From: Fimbriimonadia bacterium
GTDB lineage: Bacteria > Armatimonadota > Fimbriimonadia > Fimbriimonadales > JABRVX01
Reading direction: 5' to 3'
Assembly (NCBI GenBank): GCA_039961735.1
Contig: JABRVX010000004.1
Span: 3,220 to 67,219 of the forward strand
DNA length: 64,000 nucleotides
The notes beneath the pieces were generated by a model. It was not told the origin of the DNA, did not search any database, and saw only the letters and a list, made by a program, of their open reading frames with translations. Position numbers and translations under genes: made by a program. Below are positions 62,920 to 64,000 of this stretch, piece after piece (the stretch's first letter is position 1; the number at the start of each line of letters is the position of its first letter).

Positions 62920-64000
62920 CTAGTCGAGAACCTGACGGACGGAATCGATCACGGTTCCGTCCACCCACTTGATGGCGGCGACCACCTTATCTCCGAGCTT
63001 CGGCCGAGAGGGTGGACCACCGCAGATGGCATCCACCTCACGCTTGATGTCCTCCAGGGGGCGGATCGGAAGCGACGAGCCCTTGACTGCGTCTATCAGG
63101 TCCTGCCGTAAGGGGTTGATGGCGATGCCGCGCTCGGTTACGATCACATCGATCAGCTCGCCGGGACCGCAAAGTGTTGTCACCTCGTCCAGTATGACGG
63201 GGATCCGGTCGCGGAAGGAAGGAATCGGCAGCATGGTGCACTTGGCGAAAAGGCAGTTTTGCCAGCCGCCAATCCCATGCAGCAAAAGACCGTCTGAGTG
63301 TGTTACTACATTCGCGTTGAAGTTTAGATCCACCTCGGTCGCACCGAGAACCGTCACATCCACCATCGAGGCGAAGTTGCCCTTGCCGTGATAGTTATAG
63401 CTCGTGAACGGACTGGTGTTCACGTGTCTGGGGTTGTCCCTCATCGAGCGAACGCCGTCCAGATCGAACGTTTGCCCGTCCAGGATGTATTCCACCAAAC
63501 CCTCTTCGAGCATCTCCACGAGGTACTTGTTACTGCCGCCTCGCGCGAACCTCGCCTTGATACCCTTCTTCCTCATCATCTCGCCGAGGAAGATGGAGAA
63601 GGAGAGAGCCGTGCCACCCGCCCCGGCCTGGAACGAGAAACCGTCACGCACGATCCCGGCTTCTTCGCAGAAGCGCGCCGCCAATTCCGCAATGAGCAAC
63701 CGATCCGGACTTCGCGTGATCTGTGTGGTGCCGGAGACGATCTTCGCCGGGTCACCGATTCGGTCCATCACTACCACATAGTCCACATAGTTGCCGTGGA
63801 TCTGCCAAGGGATGCAGGGAAACGGCACGAGGTTGTCCGTGACGACGATCACCTTGTCGGCATATTGGCTGTCAGCGAGCGCGAAACCTAACAACCCGCA
63901 CGCCGAAGGTCCGGTCACGCCATTCGCGTTACCGAAGGGGTCCGCCGTCGGCGCTGCGATGACTGCGATATCGATATGCACTTCTCCATCCTGCACCGCC
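62920..64000 (-). CDS. citF: Citrate lyase alpha subunit / citrate CoA-transferase, C-terminal about 360 aa (5' end beyond the window)
   Basis: 'IAVIAAPTADPFGNANG', 'GFSFQAGAGGTALS', 'VDVTVLGATEVDLNFNANVVT' and 'IVTERGIAINP' are collinear with CitF. The ORF is open to nt 64000. Confidence 0.8.
   Translation of the reverse strand, partial: AVQDGEVHIDIAVIAAPTADPFGNANGVTGPSACGLLGFALADSQYADKVIVVTDNLVPFPCIPWQIHGNYVDYVVVMDRIGDPAKIVSGTTQITRSPDRLLIAELAARFCEEAGIVRDGFSFQAGAGGTALSFSIFLGEMMRKKGIKARFARGGSNKYLVEMLEEGLVEYILDGQTFDLDGVRSMRDNPRHVNTSPFTSYNYHGKGNFASMVDVTVLGATEVDLNFNANVVTHSDGLLLHGIGGWQNCLFAKCTMLPIPSFRDRIPVILDEVTTLCGPGELIDVIVTERGIAINPLRQDLIDAVKGSSLPIRPLEDIKREVDAICGGPPSRPKLGDKVVAAIKWVDGTVIDSVRQVLD

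Overview
GC-rich (about 60% or more by eye, not computed), gene-dense bacterial chromosomal segment. Most genes have GGAG-type Shine-Dalgarno sites. I found no rRNA, CRISPR array, integrase, transposase or recognisable phage or defence genes. The phylum cannot be fixed from sequence alone; PEP-CTERM and dockerin-like tails and 'GTCATGCTGAGC' palindromic repeats suggest an environmental, possibly uncultivated lineage.

Content from left to right:
- An M16 peptidase pair, followed by two tandem paralogous Ig-like lipoproteins.
- A minus-strand block: large acyl-CoA dehydrogenase, ETF-QO, EtfB, EtfA, then a GH106-like hydrolase.
- DUF2207 and LemA, DUF4091, MsrA, DUF4236.
- An ArsR-headed thiol-redox/permease operon: PF03773 permease, Trx, DGC, ArsF-like, ArsG/CcdA-like.
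- An orphan ORF, tRNA-Tyr and tRNA-Thr, then a gene-poor stretch with a broken MerR-like HTH.
- A proteolysis locus: a PA14/dockerin HExxH protein, a 1570-aa HExxH giant and an S10 carboxypeptidase, with a divergent tricorn protease.
- A repeat-laden spacer, two small Cys-rich secreted paralogs and a decayed PEP-CTERM gene.
- EamA, a two-gene unknown secreted operon and GH127.
- An ABC transporter with no binding protein and a long structured leader.
- SIMPL, a TorF-like porin, tmRNA, FabD and an ACAD.
- A baeRF3-like aeRF1 homologue, PAS-GGDEF, and a degenerate KaiC-like/PEP-binding dikinase-like protein.
- A DUF4261-like protein, a small KOW-like protein, an MFS transporter, a dockerin-tailed protein and partial CitF.

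The most interesting items are the uncharacterised HExxH module operon, the Cys-rich secreted paralogs, the baeRF3 neighbourhood and the unknown secreted two-gene operon.

All functional calls rest on motif recognition from memory. No searches were run. Start codons were refined by eye.
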